Counted from the first letter of the stretch, positions 19,270 to 30,102 are shown. The stretch: 64,000 nt of DNA from Acidobacteriota bacterium (GCA_963663035.1 OY760074.1:3456001-3520000); one strand, 5' to 3'. Program-made: numbers and translations. Notes: a model not told the origin generated them from the sequence alone.

Positions 19270-20200
19270 TGCCTCGAACAAAGGCATGAAAGTCCTTTGT
19301 CTTCCGAAAACCCAGGCGCAAATAGAGCTGGAAAGCTCGGTGATTGGCTTCGGACACCGACAGGGTGATTCGCTCCAAACCAGATTGGCTGGCCTCTCTG
19401 AAGTAGGTCCGTAAAAGAAAAGATCCAAGCCCTTTTCCCTGACAATCATTTCTGACTGAGATTTGTGGGATCATGCCCGTATCGGGACTGATCTTTGAAG
19501 TGAGTAAAACACCACAGACTCGTTCCTCGGCATCCAATGCAACGTAACTGATCCGTGGGCTAAAAATGCCGCATCCGGGATGATGCACCAGGTTGCGCAA
19601 GAATCGGATACATCCCTCACTTGACTGGTAATCGTGGCAAAGCTCGTAATCAGGAGAGGCGTCGTAACTGTTGTAGATCACCTCAGCTGCCGGAAAGAAA
19701 AACCTGTTCTCCCACTTCGAGATCTGGAAGTCGGGATGCAGCTCAGATTCTTCCTCTTCCACGAGGTGATCCAGAGGTAAGGAGAGAAAATGACGTTTGA
19801 TAGCAGTGAATTCATGCTCCTCAAAGAGAGGCACCAAATCGCAATTGAAGGCAAAGATTTGGCTTTCGATCCGTCGGATCTCTTGCCCTGATCTGAGGGA
19901 ACGAAGAATCCTCTCAAGGAGCTCAGAGTAACCTGCCGGAGAGGCACGTTCGGAACGGACGTAGAGATTGCCAATGTAGGCGACCGGATGATTGATAACG
20001 TAGTAAGAATATCCTGAAAGACTACCTGCATCGGTCTTGAGAGCCCAACCGGACAGGCTTCGCGAGGCGATAAACTTCTTTATCAAAGAAACGGCTGGCT
20101 GATAGTCCCAGAAGAGCTCATCCTGCCACCATTGGATCTCCTGCTGAAAGGTCCTCTCAAGCTCCTGAGAATCAACCTGTGAAAGTGCGACAGTCTGCAT
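19262..20200 (-). CDS. Tandem GNAT N-acetyltransferase
   Basis: QGKGLG acetyl-CoA motif; LSVSEANHRAFQLYLRLGF. Confidence 0.8.
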   Translation of the reverse strand: MQTVALSQVDSQELERTFQQEIQWWQDELFWDYQPAVSLIKKFIASRSLSGWALKTDAGSLSGYSYYVINHPVAYIGNLYVRSERASPAGYSELLERILRSLRSGQEIRRIESQIFAFNCDLVPLFEEHEFTAIKRHFLSLPLDHLVEEEESELHPDFQISKWENRFFFPAAEVIYNSYDASPDYELCHDYQSSEGCIRFLRNLVHHPGCGIFSPRISYVALDAEERVCGVLLTSKISPDTGMIPQISVRNDCQGKGLGSFLLRTYFREASQSGLERITLSVSEANHRAFQLYLRLGFRKTKDFHAFVRGTI

Positions 20201-20288
20201 TGTTCCCTTCTAAAGGACAGCTCTCAGCGGCCAATTGTCGGCGTTTCCCCCCTGTCAGTCTTGAGTGCTATCTTCCTCTTGTCAAGCC

Positions 20289-21284
20289 ATGAAGTTCATC
20301 AAGCACCTGCAAGAGAACGAGTCGGTTACCTCCTTCTGTCAAGTTCGCAGCAAGCAAGCTAAATTAAAGAAGAACGGGGAGCCCTATTTGAGACTGGTGC
20401 TGGGGGACCGTAGCGGTCGAATTGAAAGCAAGATCTGGGAAAACATTGAAGAAATTCAAGAGGGCATCCAGGCAGGAGATTTTGTCAAATATCAGGGAGT
20501 CGTTCAGGTCTACAATGGAAGTAAACAGCTGATCCTGAAGCAGATTCGAAAGGCGCTTCCGGAGAGGGATTCTGAGAGCGGCTTCGATGTGGGAGATCTG
20601 ATTCCTTGCACCGAGTATGATATTGAGGAGATGTGGCAGAAGCTCCGATCCCTGGTCCTTGGACAGACCTCACGTTCCTGTATTGTGCAGTTGCTGAGCA
20701 ATGTCCTGGATGCCAATGAGGAGCAGATGAAGAGCTACCCGGCTGGTGTTGAGATCCATCACGACTATTGGGGTGGATTTCTCGAACATGTCTTGTCTGT
20801 TCTGGAAAGTGCCCTTTTTTTTGCCGACAAATACCCGGATTTGGATAAAGATCTGTTGATCGCCGGCGCTGTTTTGCACGACATCGGAAAACTGGAGGAA
20901 TTGAGTGGTGCCCAAAATCCTTCCTATACTGCCCGAGGTCGCCTGATTGGCCACGTTGTGTTGGGTCGCGATCTGCTGCGAAAAGAAGCAGCTCGCATTC
21001 CTGATTTTCCCGAAAGGCTGTTAGTGCTGCTCGAGCACCTGATTCTGAGCCATCAGGGACAACTGGAGTGGGGTTCTCCCCGACGGCCCAAACTGCCAGA
21101 GGCTTTAATTCTTCATTATATTGACGATCTGGATGCGAAGTTGAATCGGCTCTGTCGGGTCCGCAAGGAAGATCCGGGAGATTCGGACTTCACTGCATTT
21201 GACCGCTTTCTCGGCAGAGTGATTTTCAAAGGCGAATATGATGAGCCTTCCGAGCACCCGCTGCTTGCCTCGATTTCCCAATAA
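20289..21284 (+). CDS. yhaM: OB-fold + HD 3'-5' exoribonuclease (YhaM/Cbf1)
   Basis: N-terminal OB fold; HH..GG..EH, LHDIGK, SHQG..EWGSP and IDDLDAK motifs. Confidence 0.85.
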   Translation: MKFIKHLQENESVTSFCQVRSKQAKLKKNGEPYLRLVLGDRSGRIESKIWENIEEIQEGIQAGDFVKYQGVVQVYNGSKQLILKQIRKALPERDSESGFDVGDLIPCTEYDIEEMWQKLRSLVLGQTSRSCIVQLLSNVLDANEEQMKSYPAGVEIHHDYWGGFLEHVLSVLESALFFADKYPDLDKDLLIAGAVLHDIGKLEELSGAQNPSYTARGRLIGHVVLGRDLLRKEAARIPDFPERLLVLLEHLILSHQGQLEWGSPRRPKLPEALILHYIDDLDAKLNRLCRVRKEDPGDSDFTAFDRFLGRVIFKGEYDEPSEHPLLASISQ

Positions 21285-21331
21285 GCCCTATAATTTCTGA
21301 GCTGGAGACAGCGGATAGAGGAGAATTTACA

Positions 21332-22534
21332 GTGATGAAGTTTGCCAAAAGGATGGCCAGCATCTCCCCATCGCCAACCATGGCGGTAATGCAGGAGGCG
21401 CAACGGCTGAGGCAGAAAGGTGTCGATGTCATCGATCTTGGGGTGGGTGAGCCTGACTTTCCGACACCACAGTCCATCAAACAAGCAGGCATCGAAGCCA
21501 TTGAGGGAGATTTCACCAAATATACGGCTGCGGCTGGCATTCAGGAGCTGCGCCAGACCGTAGCAGACAAATACAATCGGCGCTGGGGCACCGACTTTTC
21601 GGCGGCGAATGTCGTTATTTCATGTGGCTCCAAGCATTCCATCTACAACGTCTGTATGGCCCTCTTTGAGGAAGGTGATGAGGTTCTGCTGCCAACCCCC
21701 TACTGGGTCACATTTCCTGAAGTCATTAAGATGACAGGTGCCGTGCCGCGGGAAGTTGTGACTTCAGAAGAAAATGGATTCATCCTCCGGGCAGAGGACC
21801 TGGAAGGGAAGATCAGCCCTGAGACCCGAGGGATTATTGTGAATTCCCCCAGTAATCCCACTGGAGCGGTGATACCTGGCCCCAACATTGAAGAACTGGT
21901 TGAACTGGCTCGCAGCAAGGGACTCTTCTTGCTTTGCGATGAAGCCTATGACTGCTTCACCTACGGTGAAGCTTCCCACGTCTCAGTGGCTTCGTTTGTG
22001 AAATCTTCAGACGATTTCTTCGCCATACTGGGTTCAGTATCCAAAACCTATTCAATGACTGGCTGGAGAATCGGCTTTTGCGTGAGTCACACAGAACTGG
22101 TTAAAAAGATCACTGCCTTTCAAAGCCATCAGACCGGGAATCCCACCTCCATTTCACAGAAGGCCGCCCTATTCGCTTTCCAGAGTGATCCTGAGGAGGT
22201 GCGGGCGATGAAGGAAGAATATCAGGCTCGGAGAGATTTTGCGCTGAGCTGCCTGAAGGAGCTTCCCGGTTTTTCCTGTGAGCCTCCCCAGGGAGCATTC
22301 TACTTGTTTCCCAATGTTAAAAAATGCATGCGAGAGATGGGCATCTCGACCTCTGTAGAGTTTGCCAAATTCCTGATTCAAGAGGCGACAGTTGCCACCG
22401 TTCCCGGCTCGGCTTTTGGCATGGAGGGCTATATTCGCATTTCCTATGCTGCCTCTATGGATCATCTCAGGGAAGCCTTCTCACGAATAAAGGCAGCTGT
22501 GAGCTCAAGCCTGAAGAAAGCAGATGCAAAGTGA
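21332..22534 (+). CDS. aspC: PLP-dependent class I aminotransferase (aspartate aminotransferase)
   Basis: GEPDF, NSPSNPTG, DEAY and SKTYSMTGWRIG motifs. Confidence 0.9.
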   Translation: MMKFAKRMASISPSPTMAVMQEAQRLRQKGVDVIDLGVGEPDFPTPQSIKQAGIEAIEGDFTKYTAAAGIQELRQTVADKYNRRWGTDFSAANVVISCGSKHSIYNVCMALFEEGDEVLLPTPYWVTFPEVIKMTGAVPREVVTSEENGFILRAEDLEGKISPETRGIIVNSPSNPTGAVIPGPNIEELVELARSKGLFLLCDEAYDCFTYGEASHVSVASFVKSSDDFFAILGSVSKTYSMTGWRIGFCVSHTELVKKITAFQSHQTGNPTSISQKAALFAFQSDPEEVRAMKEEYQARRDFALSCLKELPGFSCEPPQGAFYLFPNVKKCMREMGISTSVEFAKFLIQEATVATVPGSAFGMEGYIRISYAASMDHLREAFSRIKAAVSSSLKKADAK

Positions 22535-22543
22535 GCACTTCCG

Positions 22544-23287
22544 TTGAACAATATCTCCGTCGTGCTGGTTGAGACCCAGAAGGGTGGAAACATCGGTTCA
22601 GCTGCTCGTGCCATGAAAAACATGGGCTTGCAGCACCTGAAGCTGGTGAGTCCCCGTGAAGGGATGAACGAGCAGTGCCAGAGGCGGGCAGGAAAGGCCA
22701 TCGATCTGGTCACTTCAGCCAAAATCTATGCCACCTTGGATGAGGCTGTCGAAGATGAAAATATCGTGATCGGGACCACATCGGCACGAAAGCGGAAGGG
22801 AAAGCAGAAGACTCACACTCCACGCGAAATAGCGCCCCGGCTCTGCGAATACGGAAAATCCCAGAGAGTGGCGCTGGTCTTTGGTCCTGAACGCAGTGGT
22901 TTGACTGATGCACATTTGGCCAGATGTCAGTACCTGGTCTCCATCCCGGCCAGCCCTGACTCTCCTGTCTTGAACCTGGCCCAGGCGGTCCAGGTGCTTT
23001 CTTACGAAATCTTTACTGCTCAGCCACCGGAATCTGATTCCAGCTTCCAGCTCGCTTCTGATGGGGAACGTGAGGAGATGTTTGCTGACATGCAGCGGGT
23101 CTTGGTTGATATTGGATTTCTGAATTCCCAAAATCCTGACCATATCATGCGTTCAATCCGTCGATTCTTGGGTCGTGCCGATCTGACCTCACGTGATGTC
23201 CGGATCCTCCGAGGGATGATGAGCCAGATGGAGTGGTATGTGGACGGTCAGTCCGCTGACCGTCCACAGCTGACACCTGACAGCTGA
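22544..23287 (+). CDS. trmJ: SPOUT RNA methyltransferase TrmJ/LasT
   Basis: GNIGSAARAMKNMG, FGPERSGL and LNLAQAV motifs. Confidence 0.85.
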   Translation: MNNISVVLVETQKGGNIGSAARAMKNMGLQHLKLVSPREGMNEQCQRRAGKAIDLVTSAKIYATLDEAVEDENIVIGTTSARKRKGKQKTHTPREIAPRLCEYGKSQRVALVFGPERSGLTDAHLARCQYLVSIPASPDSPVLNLAQAVQVLSYEIFTAQPPESDSSFQLASDGEREEMFADMQRVLVDIGFLNSQNPDHIMRSIRRFLGRADLTSRDVRILRGMMSQMEWYVDGQSADRPQLTPDS

Positions 23288-23304
23288 CAACTGACACCTG
23301 ACAA
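23270..23304. repeat. Heptamer tandem repeat (ctgacaN) x5 containing the trmJ stop
   Basis: ctgacac ctgacag ctgacaa ctgacac ctgacaa. Confidence 0.8.
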
Positions 23305-23317
23305 GAGACTGGCCGAG

Positions 23318-23361
23318 CTCCTACCTCCTGCCTCCTACCTCCTGCCTCCTACCTCCTGCCT
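23318..23361. repeat. Heptamer tandem repeat (cctccta/cctcctg) at the 3' end of the DUF1015 gene
   Basis: Alternating units encode the [11 protein letters not shown] tail and the stop codon. Confidence 0.8.
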
Positions 23362-24634
23362 TTTCAATTTCCATTTTCATGAAAGTCAGGCCCGTCAGGA
23401 GCTTGGGATAAAAGTCGGTGGATTTTTGGGGCATCTTTTCACCCTGTTCTGAGATCTCATGAACCTGTTGCAAGCTGGTGGGATTGAGGATGAATGCCAG
23501 CTGGTAGTGCCCTTCGCCCAAGCGACTGATGAGCTCACCACGGTCTCGGAAGTAGTCGACATGTTTCTCACTGGCTAATTCTTGAGCGCCGATTCCAAGA
23601 TTGGGCCCGAGAATACCTTCATGGAGCACATTGACATCCAGTTCGCGGGCAGGTCCGGTAATGCCCGGCATGAAGGTGGAATCACTCTTCATCTCTTCTC
23701 GGAGGTGCAACACATAGTAGGTCGGATTTTTCTCGGCAACCAATCCAATCTGGGCGCCATTTTCCTGAAGGGTTAGTTCGAGTTCGGGGAGGTCGACCAC
23801 TTTTTGAACCTCAAAGGAGGGGTCCAGCCTGGAAAGAAATCTGCTCAGGTCAAAATCGGTGAGATTGCGAATGCCCCGATGGGTGGGCAAAATCTTCACT
23901 GCGGGACTCTCCATGTTAAAAAGAGCGACCATCCGTTTGTCAAAGCTCTCTCTGGCTGCTGTCTTCCAGCCTTTCTCCCGACACTCTTGAAAATAAAGGA
24001 GAGAGCTCTGGAAGCGATGATGCCCATCAGCGATGTATAAGCGAGGGCTGTCCAAGGTCTCAGTTATGATTTCTTGAAGATTTGTCTCAACCAGCTGCCA
24101 GAGACGGTGCGAGACCTGATTGTTGTCGACGATTTGAGCGATTGGGGTGTGCCGCTGTTGGAATTCGGTAAGAACCTGGTCAACCACTGTGCTGGAGTCA
24201 CGGTAGAGCATAAAAATAAGGCCCTTGTTGGATTCCGTGGAACGAAGCAGATTCAAGCGGTCCTCCAAGTGCTCATCCAGGACTCGCTCATGTCCCTTGA
24301 CCGAGACAGCCCCGCCTTCCAGTGAGACCAATCCGATCAATCCCATGCGCGAGAAGGATTGACCATCAAACTCAAATTCCTGCTCGTAGGGGTAGAAACA
24401 GGATACGTCGTCTTGTTTCAAAACGCCCTCCTGCATCCACTGTTTCAAGTGCTGTCCGGCATCCTGGTGGTTGCGGTTCTTAATGACGCGAGCAATGTTG
24501 CAGGGGTGGCGCCCGAGATAGTCTTTTAACATGGCGGGAGAGATCTTGTCGTAGGGTTGGGTGAGCACATCACCGATCTCATCAATCCGCTCTGGACTAT
24601 AGCGGTAGGCGCGAAAAGGAAACACTTGAGCCAT
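23321..24634 (-). CDS. DUF1015 family protein
   Basis: [21 protein letters not shown] and [12 protein letters not shown] motifs. Confidence 0.85.
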   Translation of the reverse strand: MAQVFPFRAYRYSPERIDEIGDVLTQPYDKISPAMLKDYLGRHPCNIARVIKNRNHQDAGQHLKQWMQEGVLKQDDVSCFYPYEQEFEFDGQSFSRMGLIGLVSLEGGAVSVKGHERVLDEHLEDRLNLLRSTESNKGLIFMLYRDSSTVVDQVLTEFQQRHTPIAQIVDNNQVSHRLWQLVETNLQEIITETLDSPRLYIADGHHRFQSSLLYFQECREKGWKTAARESFDKRMVALFNMESPAVKILPTHRGIRNLTDFDLSRFLSRLDPSFEVQKVVDLPELELTLQENGAQIGLVAEKNPTYYVLHLREEMKSDSTFMPGITGPARELDVNVLHEGILGPNLGIGAQELASEKHVDYFRDRGELISRLGEGHYQLAFILNPTSLQQVHEISEQGEKMPQKSTDFYPKLLTGLTFMKMEIEKAGGRRQEVGGRR

Positions 24635-24730
24635 AAAGCCCATTCTATGAGAGTGACAAACGATTTGCTATACTCCGGCGGAAGTCGCGGATCATACCCC
24701 CAAAACCGTTTTCTGGTTCCGAGGAAAGCA

Positions 24731-25822
24731 TTGAGCGAATTTCTGTCAGGAAAGAAAATCGGTCCCGGACCTATTCAGCCTGAAACGACCATCACGGAAC
24801 TCATTGATTCGATGTTCGAGGCTTATAACGCGGCACGACTGCGGGAGGCGTGCCATTTGTTTGCCAGAAAGATGCTGGCTGATGATGTCACGGTGGGAGT
24901 CAGTTTGACTGGTGCTCTGACTCCGGCAGGACTGGGTATGTCGTGTCTTGTCCCTTTAATCGAGTGCGGCTTCATCGATTGGATTGTCTCGACTGGTGCC
25001 AATCTGTATCACGATGCGCATTTTGGTCTTGGGCTCTCCATGCACCGGGGAAACCCTCAGGTAAGCGACCTGCTCCTTCGCCGCGAGGGTGTGGTTCGAA
25101 TCTACGATATCTTCTTTGACTATGAGGTCTTACTCTCTACAGACCGGTTCTTCAGAGAAGTGATTCGAGCGCCGGAATTTCAGAAAAGAATGAGTAGTGC
25201 GGAGTTTCACCACCAGATTGGTAGGTACCTGGCCCAGAGAGAGCAGATAGGGAAAACAACGGGTAAGTCCCTGCTGGCTGCCGCTGCTCAGTACCAAGTG
25301 CCCGTTTACACTCCTTCACCGGGGGACAGTTCCATCGGGATGAACATCGCTGCTGAAGCTCTTGAAGGAAACCAACTGTTTCTGGATGTTTCACGCGACG
25401 TCAATGAGACGGCAGCCATCGTTCTGGATGCCAAGAGGCGGGGAGGAAAAAGTGCAGTGTTTATCCTGGGAGGGGGTTCCCCCAAGAATTTTCTCCTGCA
25501 GACGGAGCCCCACTTACAAGAAGTCCTGGGAATCAAGGGAAGAGGTCATGATTACTATTTACAGGTGACGGATGCACGGCCCGATAGCGGCGGACTATCG
25601 GGTGCGACGCCTGAAGAGGCCGTGACCTGGGGAAAGGTGGATGTCGATGGCTTGCCCGATGCTGTCGTGTGCTATATGGATTCTACGGTGGCGCTTCCTC
25701 TCATTACTGCATACTCCATGGCAAACCACCCTCCGCGTCAAACCAGGAACCTGTATGAACGTTTGCCCGAGATGATGAAAGACTTGAAAGGAGATACTGA
25801 AGCAGATGAACCTGGAAGGTAA
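24731..25822 (+). CDS. Deoxyhypusine synthase-like protein (probable homospermidine synthase role)
   Basis: [21 protein letters not shown] and [16 protein letters not shown] motifs; probable TTG start at 24731 after gagga. Confidence 0.85.
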   Translation: MSEFLSGKKIGPGPIQPETTITELIDSMFEAYNAARLREACHLFARKMLADDVTVGVSLTGALTPAGLGMSCLVPLIECGFIDWIVSTGANLYHDAHFGLGLSMHRGNPQVSDLLLRREGVVRIYDIFFDYEVLLSTDRFFREVIRAPEFQKRMSSAEFHHQIGRYLAQREQIGKTTGKSLLAAAAQYQVPVYTPSPGDSSIGMNIAAEALEGNQLFLDVSRDVNETAAIVLDAKRRGGKSAVFILGGGSPKNFLLQTEPHLQEVLGIKGRGHDYYLQVTDARPDSGGLSGATPEEAVTWGKVDVDGLPDAVVCYMDSTVALPLITAYSMANHPPRQTRNLYERLPEMMKDLKGDTEADEPGR

Positions 25823-26522
25823 AAAAGCCGTTGTCACTGGAAGCACCAAAGGAATTGGATTGGCCATCGCTCAGTCTCTTGTTGAGGAGGGGGCAGAGGT
25901 GGTGATCAGCTCTCGCCACCAGGACGATATCCAGCAAACCCTCGAGAGTCTCAATCAGTTGGGGAAGGGCAAGGTCAGCGGAAAGGCCTGCGATGTGCGG
26001 GATGGAAACCAGGTTCGTGACCTGATTCAGCATTGTGTTGAACAATTCGGCGCAATCGATATCCTGGTCAATAACGCGGGAATCGGCATCTTCAGGACCG
26101 TTGAGGAGATGTCGCCTCAGGAGTGGCGGGATCTGCTGGCCACAAATCTGGACGGAGTTTTCTTTGGCTGCCACTTCGCTATCCCTGAGTTGAAAAAAAA
26201 TGGAGGGGGCTTCATTATCAATATTGGCAGTTTGGCTGGGACAAATGCCTTCCCCCAGGGAGCTGCATACAATGCTTCCAAGTTTGGTCTGGTGGGTTTC
26301 AGCGAGGCGCTTATGCAGGAGACTCGATACGACGATATCCGTGTCGCCCACCTCATGCCAGGCAGCGTGGAGACTGACTTCAGCCATCCCACAACAGGCG
26401 AGAGTTCCTGGAAGCTCTCTCCTTCAGATGTGGCTGAGGTCGTTATTGAGACTCTCAAGCGTCATCCTCGGTGTCTCACCAGCCGGATCGAGATGAGACC
26501 CTCCAAGCCGTTGAAGAAATGA
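25806..26522 (+). CDS. SDR family oxidoreductase
   Basis: [12 protein letters not shown] and YNASK motifs. Confidence 0.92.
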   Translation: MNLEGKKAVVTGSTKGIGLAIAQSLVEEGAEVVISSRHQDDIQQTLESLNQLGKGKVSGKACDVRDGNQVRDLIQHCVEQFGAIDILVNNAGIGIFRTVEEMSPQEWRDLLATNLDGVFFGCHFAIPELKKNGGGFIINIGSLAGTNAFPQGAAYNASKFGLVGFSEALMQETRYDDIRVAHLMPGSVETDFSHPTTGESSWKLSPSDVAEVVIETLKRHPRCLTSRIEMRPSKPLKK

Positions 26523-27832
26523 ACCATTCAAGGGAGATATGGGGCTGGGCGTTCTACGATTTCGCCAACTCTGCTTACTCCACAGCTATAGTCGTCATCT
26601 TCAATGTTTACTTCGTACAGGTCGTGGTGGGGCCTGACGGTTTCTCCTTCCTGGGCATGCAGGTCAGCGGCTCGGCAATCTGGGGCTATGCCGCCTCCAC
26701 CTCGATGCTTCTGGTGGCGCTGAGTGCACCCGTCTTAGGTGCTATCGCCGATTTCAAAGGGTCTAAAAAGAGATTTCTTTTCTTCTTTTGCTATGCGGGT
26801 GTCTTTGCTACTGCCCTTCTCTCTCTGGCGGGCCCCGGAGAGATCTGGCTGGCCGTCGCCTTCTACATTCTATCCAACATGGGCATGGAAGCCAGCCTGA
26901 CCTTTTACAACGGCTTTCTTCCGGAGATCACGACTTCCGAGAGGATGGGGAGAGTCAGCGGCTTTGGCTGGGCACTTGGGTATGTGGGAGGATTGTTGTG
27001 TCTGATCCTTTGTCTGGGCTTGATCAGAAGGCCGGATTGGTTTGGACTTGCGGGCTCCGATTACATTCCGATTCGTGTCTCCTTGGTGCTGGTCGCTGCC
27101 TGGTGGGGGATCTTTTCCATCCCCACCTTTCTGTGGCTCCGCGAGCGTGCCCAGGGCCAAGAACTTCCTCCGGGAACCAGTTATCTGAAAGTCGGCTTCC
27201 AGCGCCTCTTGAAAACCTTTCGAAAGATCCATCAGTTTCGGGAACTGGTCAAATTTCTGGTGGCCTTCCTGATCTACAACGATGGCGTTCAGACGGTCAT
27301 TCTCATTGCAGCTGTGTTTGGAGCCGAGGTGCTGGGTATGTCTCAGAATGAGCTGATTCTGAGTTTTATTCTCATCCAGTTCGTTGCCTTTTTCGGAGCG
27401 CTGCTTTTCGGATACCTGGGAGATCGAATGATGACCAAGAGCGCAATCCACATCACACTGTTGATCTGGACGGGAGCGATTCTTTACGCCCTCGTGATCG
27501 ATCAGAGTTGGCAGTTCTGGGTCCTGGCAGTGATCATCGGTTTCGCGCTGGGGGGAATTCAGGCCTGTTCACGCTCGCTGCTTGCTCAGTTCACTCCCTC
27601 TGAGCACAGTGGCGAGTTCTTTGGCTTTTTCGCAGCTGGCGGAAAGTTTGCTGCGATCTTCGGACCGGCACTCTTTGGCCTGATCACCGATCTGACCGGT
27701 TCGCCTCGCTATGGAGTCGGCTCTGTTCTTTGCTTCTTGATCCTTGGGTGGGTTCTTTTGTACTTTGTGGACGAGAAAAAGGGCATCCTGGAGAGTCAAC
27801 AAACAATATCCCCAGGAAGCCCTGCAGGCTAG
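26519..27832 (+). CDS. MFS transporter (UMF1/BtlA-like)
   Basis: WAFYDFANSAY and GWALGYVGG motifs; ~12 hydrophobic segments; ATGA overlap with the SDR gene. Confidence 0.85.
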   Translation: MNHSREIWGWAFYDFANSAYSTAIVVIFNVYFVQVVVGPDGFSFLGMQVSGSAIWGYAASTSMLLVALSAPVLGAIADFKGSKKRFLFFFCYAGVFATALLSLAGPGEIWLAVAFYILSNMGMEASLTFYNGFLPEITTSERMGRVSGFGWALGYVGGLLCLILCLGLIRRPDWFGLAGSDYIPIRVSLVLVAAWWGIFSIPTFLWLRERAQGQELPPGTSYLKVGFQRLLKTFRKIHQFRELVKFLVAFLIYNDGVQTVILIAAVFGAEVLGMSQNELILSFILIQFVAFFGALLFGYLGDRMMTKSAIHITLLIWTGAILYALVIDQSWQFWVLAVIIGFALGGIQACSRSLLAQFTPSEHSGEFFGFFAAGGKFAAIFGPALFGLITDLTGSPRYGVGSVLCFLILGWVLLYFVDEKKGILESQQTISPGSPAG

Positions 27833-28803
27833 GGATCCACTGGGTAGGTCACCTGAGTAGTTTTGGGGAAGAAGCGTGCCAGGAACTGTTCGCTGCACTT
27901 CTGACACCGGCAGGATATCTCGATAAACTGGTCCTCACCGGACTTGCGTGGCCTGGAAAAATCGAGTTGCTCGATGTCCTTGGCCGTGCACTTGGGGCAG
28001 CTCATAAGGCCTTTGGGAGCAGTGACTTGGGTTCCTCTGGTTTGCTCCTCGAAGTCCAGCCCAGCCTTGTGAATTTCAGTGCGGGCATCCGGACCGTCAA
28101 TTTCGATGATTTCACACATTTCCATGATTCGAGAAAAGAGGCGTTTCCCGATTCTTTCAACCAGAGTGTTTTGCATGGGGTCTGAAGCGACTCTCGACTT
28201 CGGCGATTTGCTTTTCTGAGGTTTCAACGGCCAGTTGGTCGAAAGAATGGTCTGTTTGTTATAGGTGTAGCGGTGATTGATCACCGTTCGAATGGTTTCA
28301 CGAACCCATTCAGTCGGTCGTCCCGTACCCAAGTCGTCCCAGACCAGCAGGGGCACCTCTGAGAGCGGGAGCATGACCTCTCTTTCAGTTTCTGGAGAAT
28401 TGGGGCCGTAGGAATATTGAAGCCGTCTGAGCAGTTCTGCCTCGTCTACGAATCGGGCGCTAACGTTCTTTTCCTGAATCAAGGTCTTGAGAATCGCCAC
28501 CGAGAGGTGCGTTTTTCCCACCCCACACGGTCCGGAAAACAAAAGGCCTCGAGGGACCTTGGGAAAGGCATTGACGTATTCAATGGCACGCAGCTGGGCT
28601 CTTTCCTGCCGCTTGCTGTGCCAGGAGTACTCTTCAAAACCCCGATCAAAGTATCGGGGCGGGATCGCGGCCCTCTCGAAGAGTTTTTTTAGCCCTTCTT
28701 TAGGACGGCAGTCCGGACACGGCACCACTGCCTCCACTGAGTCCTCGGTCCTCACCATCCAGCCCGAGCCGCGACAGCTCGAACAGCTCTCCCTTGCTTT
28801 CAA
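27829..28803 (-). CDS. DnaC/DnaI/IstB-like AAA+ ATPase with N- and C-terminal Zn-finger motifs
   Basis: CSSC...CPDC; Walker A GPCGVGKT; Walker B WDDLG; ILSTN; C-terminal CPKC...CQKC. Confidence 0.75.
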   Translation of the reverse strand: MKARESCSSCRGSGWMVRTEDSVEAVVPCPDCRPKEGLKKLFERAAIPPRYFDRGFEEYSWHSKRQERAQLRAIEYVNAFPKVPRGLLFSGPCGVGKTHLSVAILKTLIQEKNVSARFVDEAELLRRLQYSYGPNSPETEREVMLPLSEVPLLVWDDLGTGRPTEWVRETIRTVINHRYTYNKQTILSTNWPLKPQKSKSPKSRVASDPMQNTLVERIGKRLFSRIMEMCEIIEIDGPDARTEIHKAGLDFEEQTRGTQVTAPKGLMSCPKCTAKDIEQLDFSRPRKSGEDQFIEISCRCQKCSEQFLARFFPKTTQVTYPVDP

Positions 28804-29348
28804 TCCTGCTTTTGCCAGATTTCCTCCTTGCCTCCTTCAAGAATGTTCTCATATCGGGCCATGACAAACAGAAGATCGGACAATCGGTTCAGATAGATCA
28901 ACAGTTCAGAGTTCACATCCTGATCGAGCTTCATCAGAGCCACCAATTCGCGTTCAGCTCGTCGGCAGATCACCCGCCCAAGGTGGATCAGAGCTGCACC
29001 AGAAGATCCGCCCGGGAGAATGAAATTTTTCAGGGAGGGGATCTCGCCTTGAAGCTCATCGATGATGGTCTCCAGCTGGCGCCAGTCGGTCTCCTCTATG
29101 CGATAGATCCGACGTTTCTGACTGGAAGTGGTTGCGAGATCGGCTCCCGCTTCGAAAAGCTTATGCTGAAGGGATAAGAGAATCTTCCTGACCTTTTTAT
29201 TTTGAGAAAAAGAGAGGGCACTTCCCAACACGGAATTCAATTCGTCGAGGGTGCCGTAGGCGGCCACCCGGGGCAAGTCCTTTTCCACCCGTTCCCCGCT
29301 GAAAAGCGAAGTGTGGCCCTGGTCTCCCTTCCGGGTATAAATTTTCAT
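28800..29348 (-). CDS. pduO: ATP:cob(I)alamin adenosyltransferase (PduO type)
   Basis: KIYTRKGDQG, YGTLDELNS, FILPGG, RRAER and YLNRLSD motifs. Confidence 0.92.
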   Translation of the reverse strand: MKIYTRKGDQGHTSLFSGERVEKDLPRVAAYGTLDELNSVLGSALSFSQNKKVRKILLSLQHKLFEAGADLATTSSQKRRIYRIEETDWRQLETIIDELQGEIPSLKNFILPGGSSGAALIHLGRVICRRAERELVALMKLDQDVNSELLIYLNRLSDLLFVMARYENILEGGKEEIWQKQD

Positions 29349-29503
29349 GATGGTGTCGTGAATCAATACCATAGCATGAGAACATCTCATGGTGAAATCG
29401 GACGCGGGCTAGTCACCAGGCCCTTACGGCAGGGGAGAAATCAGCTGCCCTGCCGGCGCTTGCCTACTTGAAACCTGCAGGGTTTCTGGCTAAAATGAGG
29501 CTC

Positions 29504-30013
29504 ATGAAACTTCTAACCGTGCTCTTTTCAACTCTTTTACTTTCCCCGTTCGCCTGGTCTCAGTCGACCAACTTGAAAGTCGGAGACAAGGCGCCCGACT
29601 TCGAATTGCAAGATCAAAACGGCAATGCGGTGAGCTTGAGTGCTTTCTCCGGCCAAAAGAATGTGGCACTCGCCTTTTATGTTCTTGCTTTTACCGGAGG
29701 CTGAAGGACCGAGTTGCAACGATATCAGTCTGATATCGACTTCTTTGAAGCGGAAGATACGGAAATCCTTGCACTGAGTGTTGATGCTCGGCCCAGTCAG
29801 AAAAAGTTTGCTGAGGAGATGGGCGTTGAATTCACAATGTTGAGTGACTTTAAGAGAGAGGTGAGCAGCCTGTACGGAGTCCTGGACGAAGAGAGAGGGA
29901 CTTCTCGCAGGACCACCTTCGTCATTGACAAAGAGGGCATTATTCGCCACATCGATTCGGGACGGGATGCCATTGACATCGCCGGGGTAAAAGCGGCATG
30001 CGCACAGCTTTAA
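29504..30013 (+). CDS. Secreted peroxiredoxin (AhpC/TSA/BCP-like), probable selenoprotein (UGA at 29702-29704)
   Basis: Two in-frame ORFs separated only by a TGA at the peroxidatic position (AFTGG-U-RTEL); signal peptide; [10 protein letters not shown] and [10 protein letters not shown] motifs. Confidence 0.85.
29720..29738 (+). promoter_or_regulatory. Putative bacterial SECIS hairpin
   Basis: CGAUAUCA-GUC-UGAUAUCG, a perfect 8-bp stem starting 15 nt after the UGA. Confidence 0.55.
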
Positions 30014-30043
30014 TAACAGCTGCTTTGCATTATCGACCATCAT

Positions 30044-30071
30044 AAAAAGAGAGAACGCGCTTTCCTCTTTT
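30044..30071 (+). terminator. Possible intrinsic terminator
   Basis: aaaagag...ctctttt imperfect hairpin downstream of the Prx gene. Confidence 0.3.
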
Positions 30072-30102
30072 CACGGGTCACCCCTCCTCATGCAGTGAGA
30101 AC

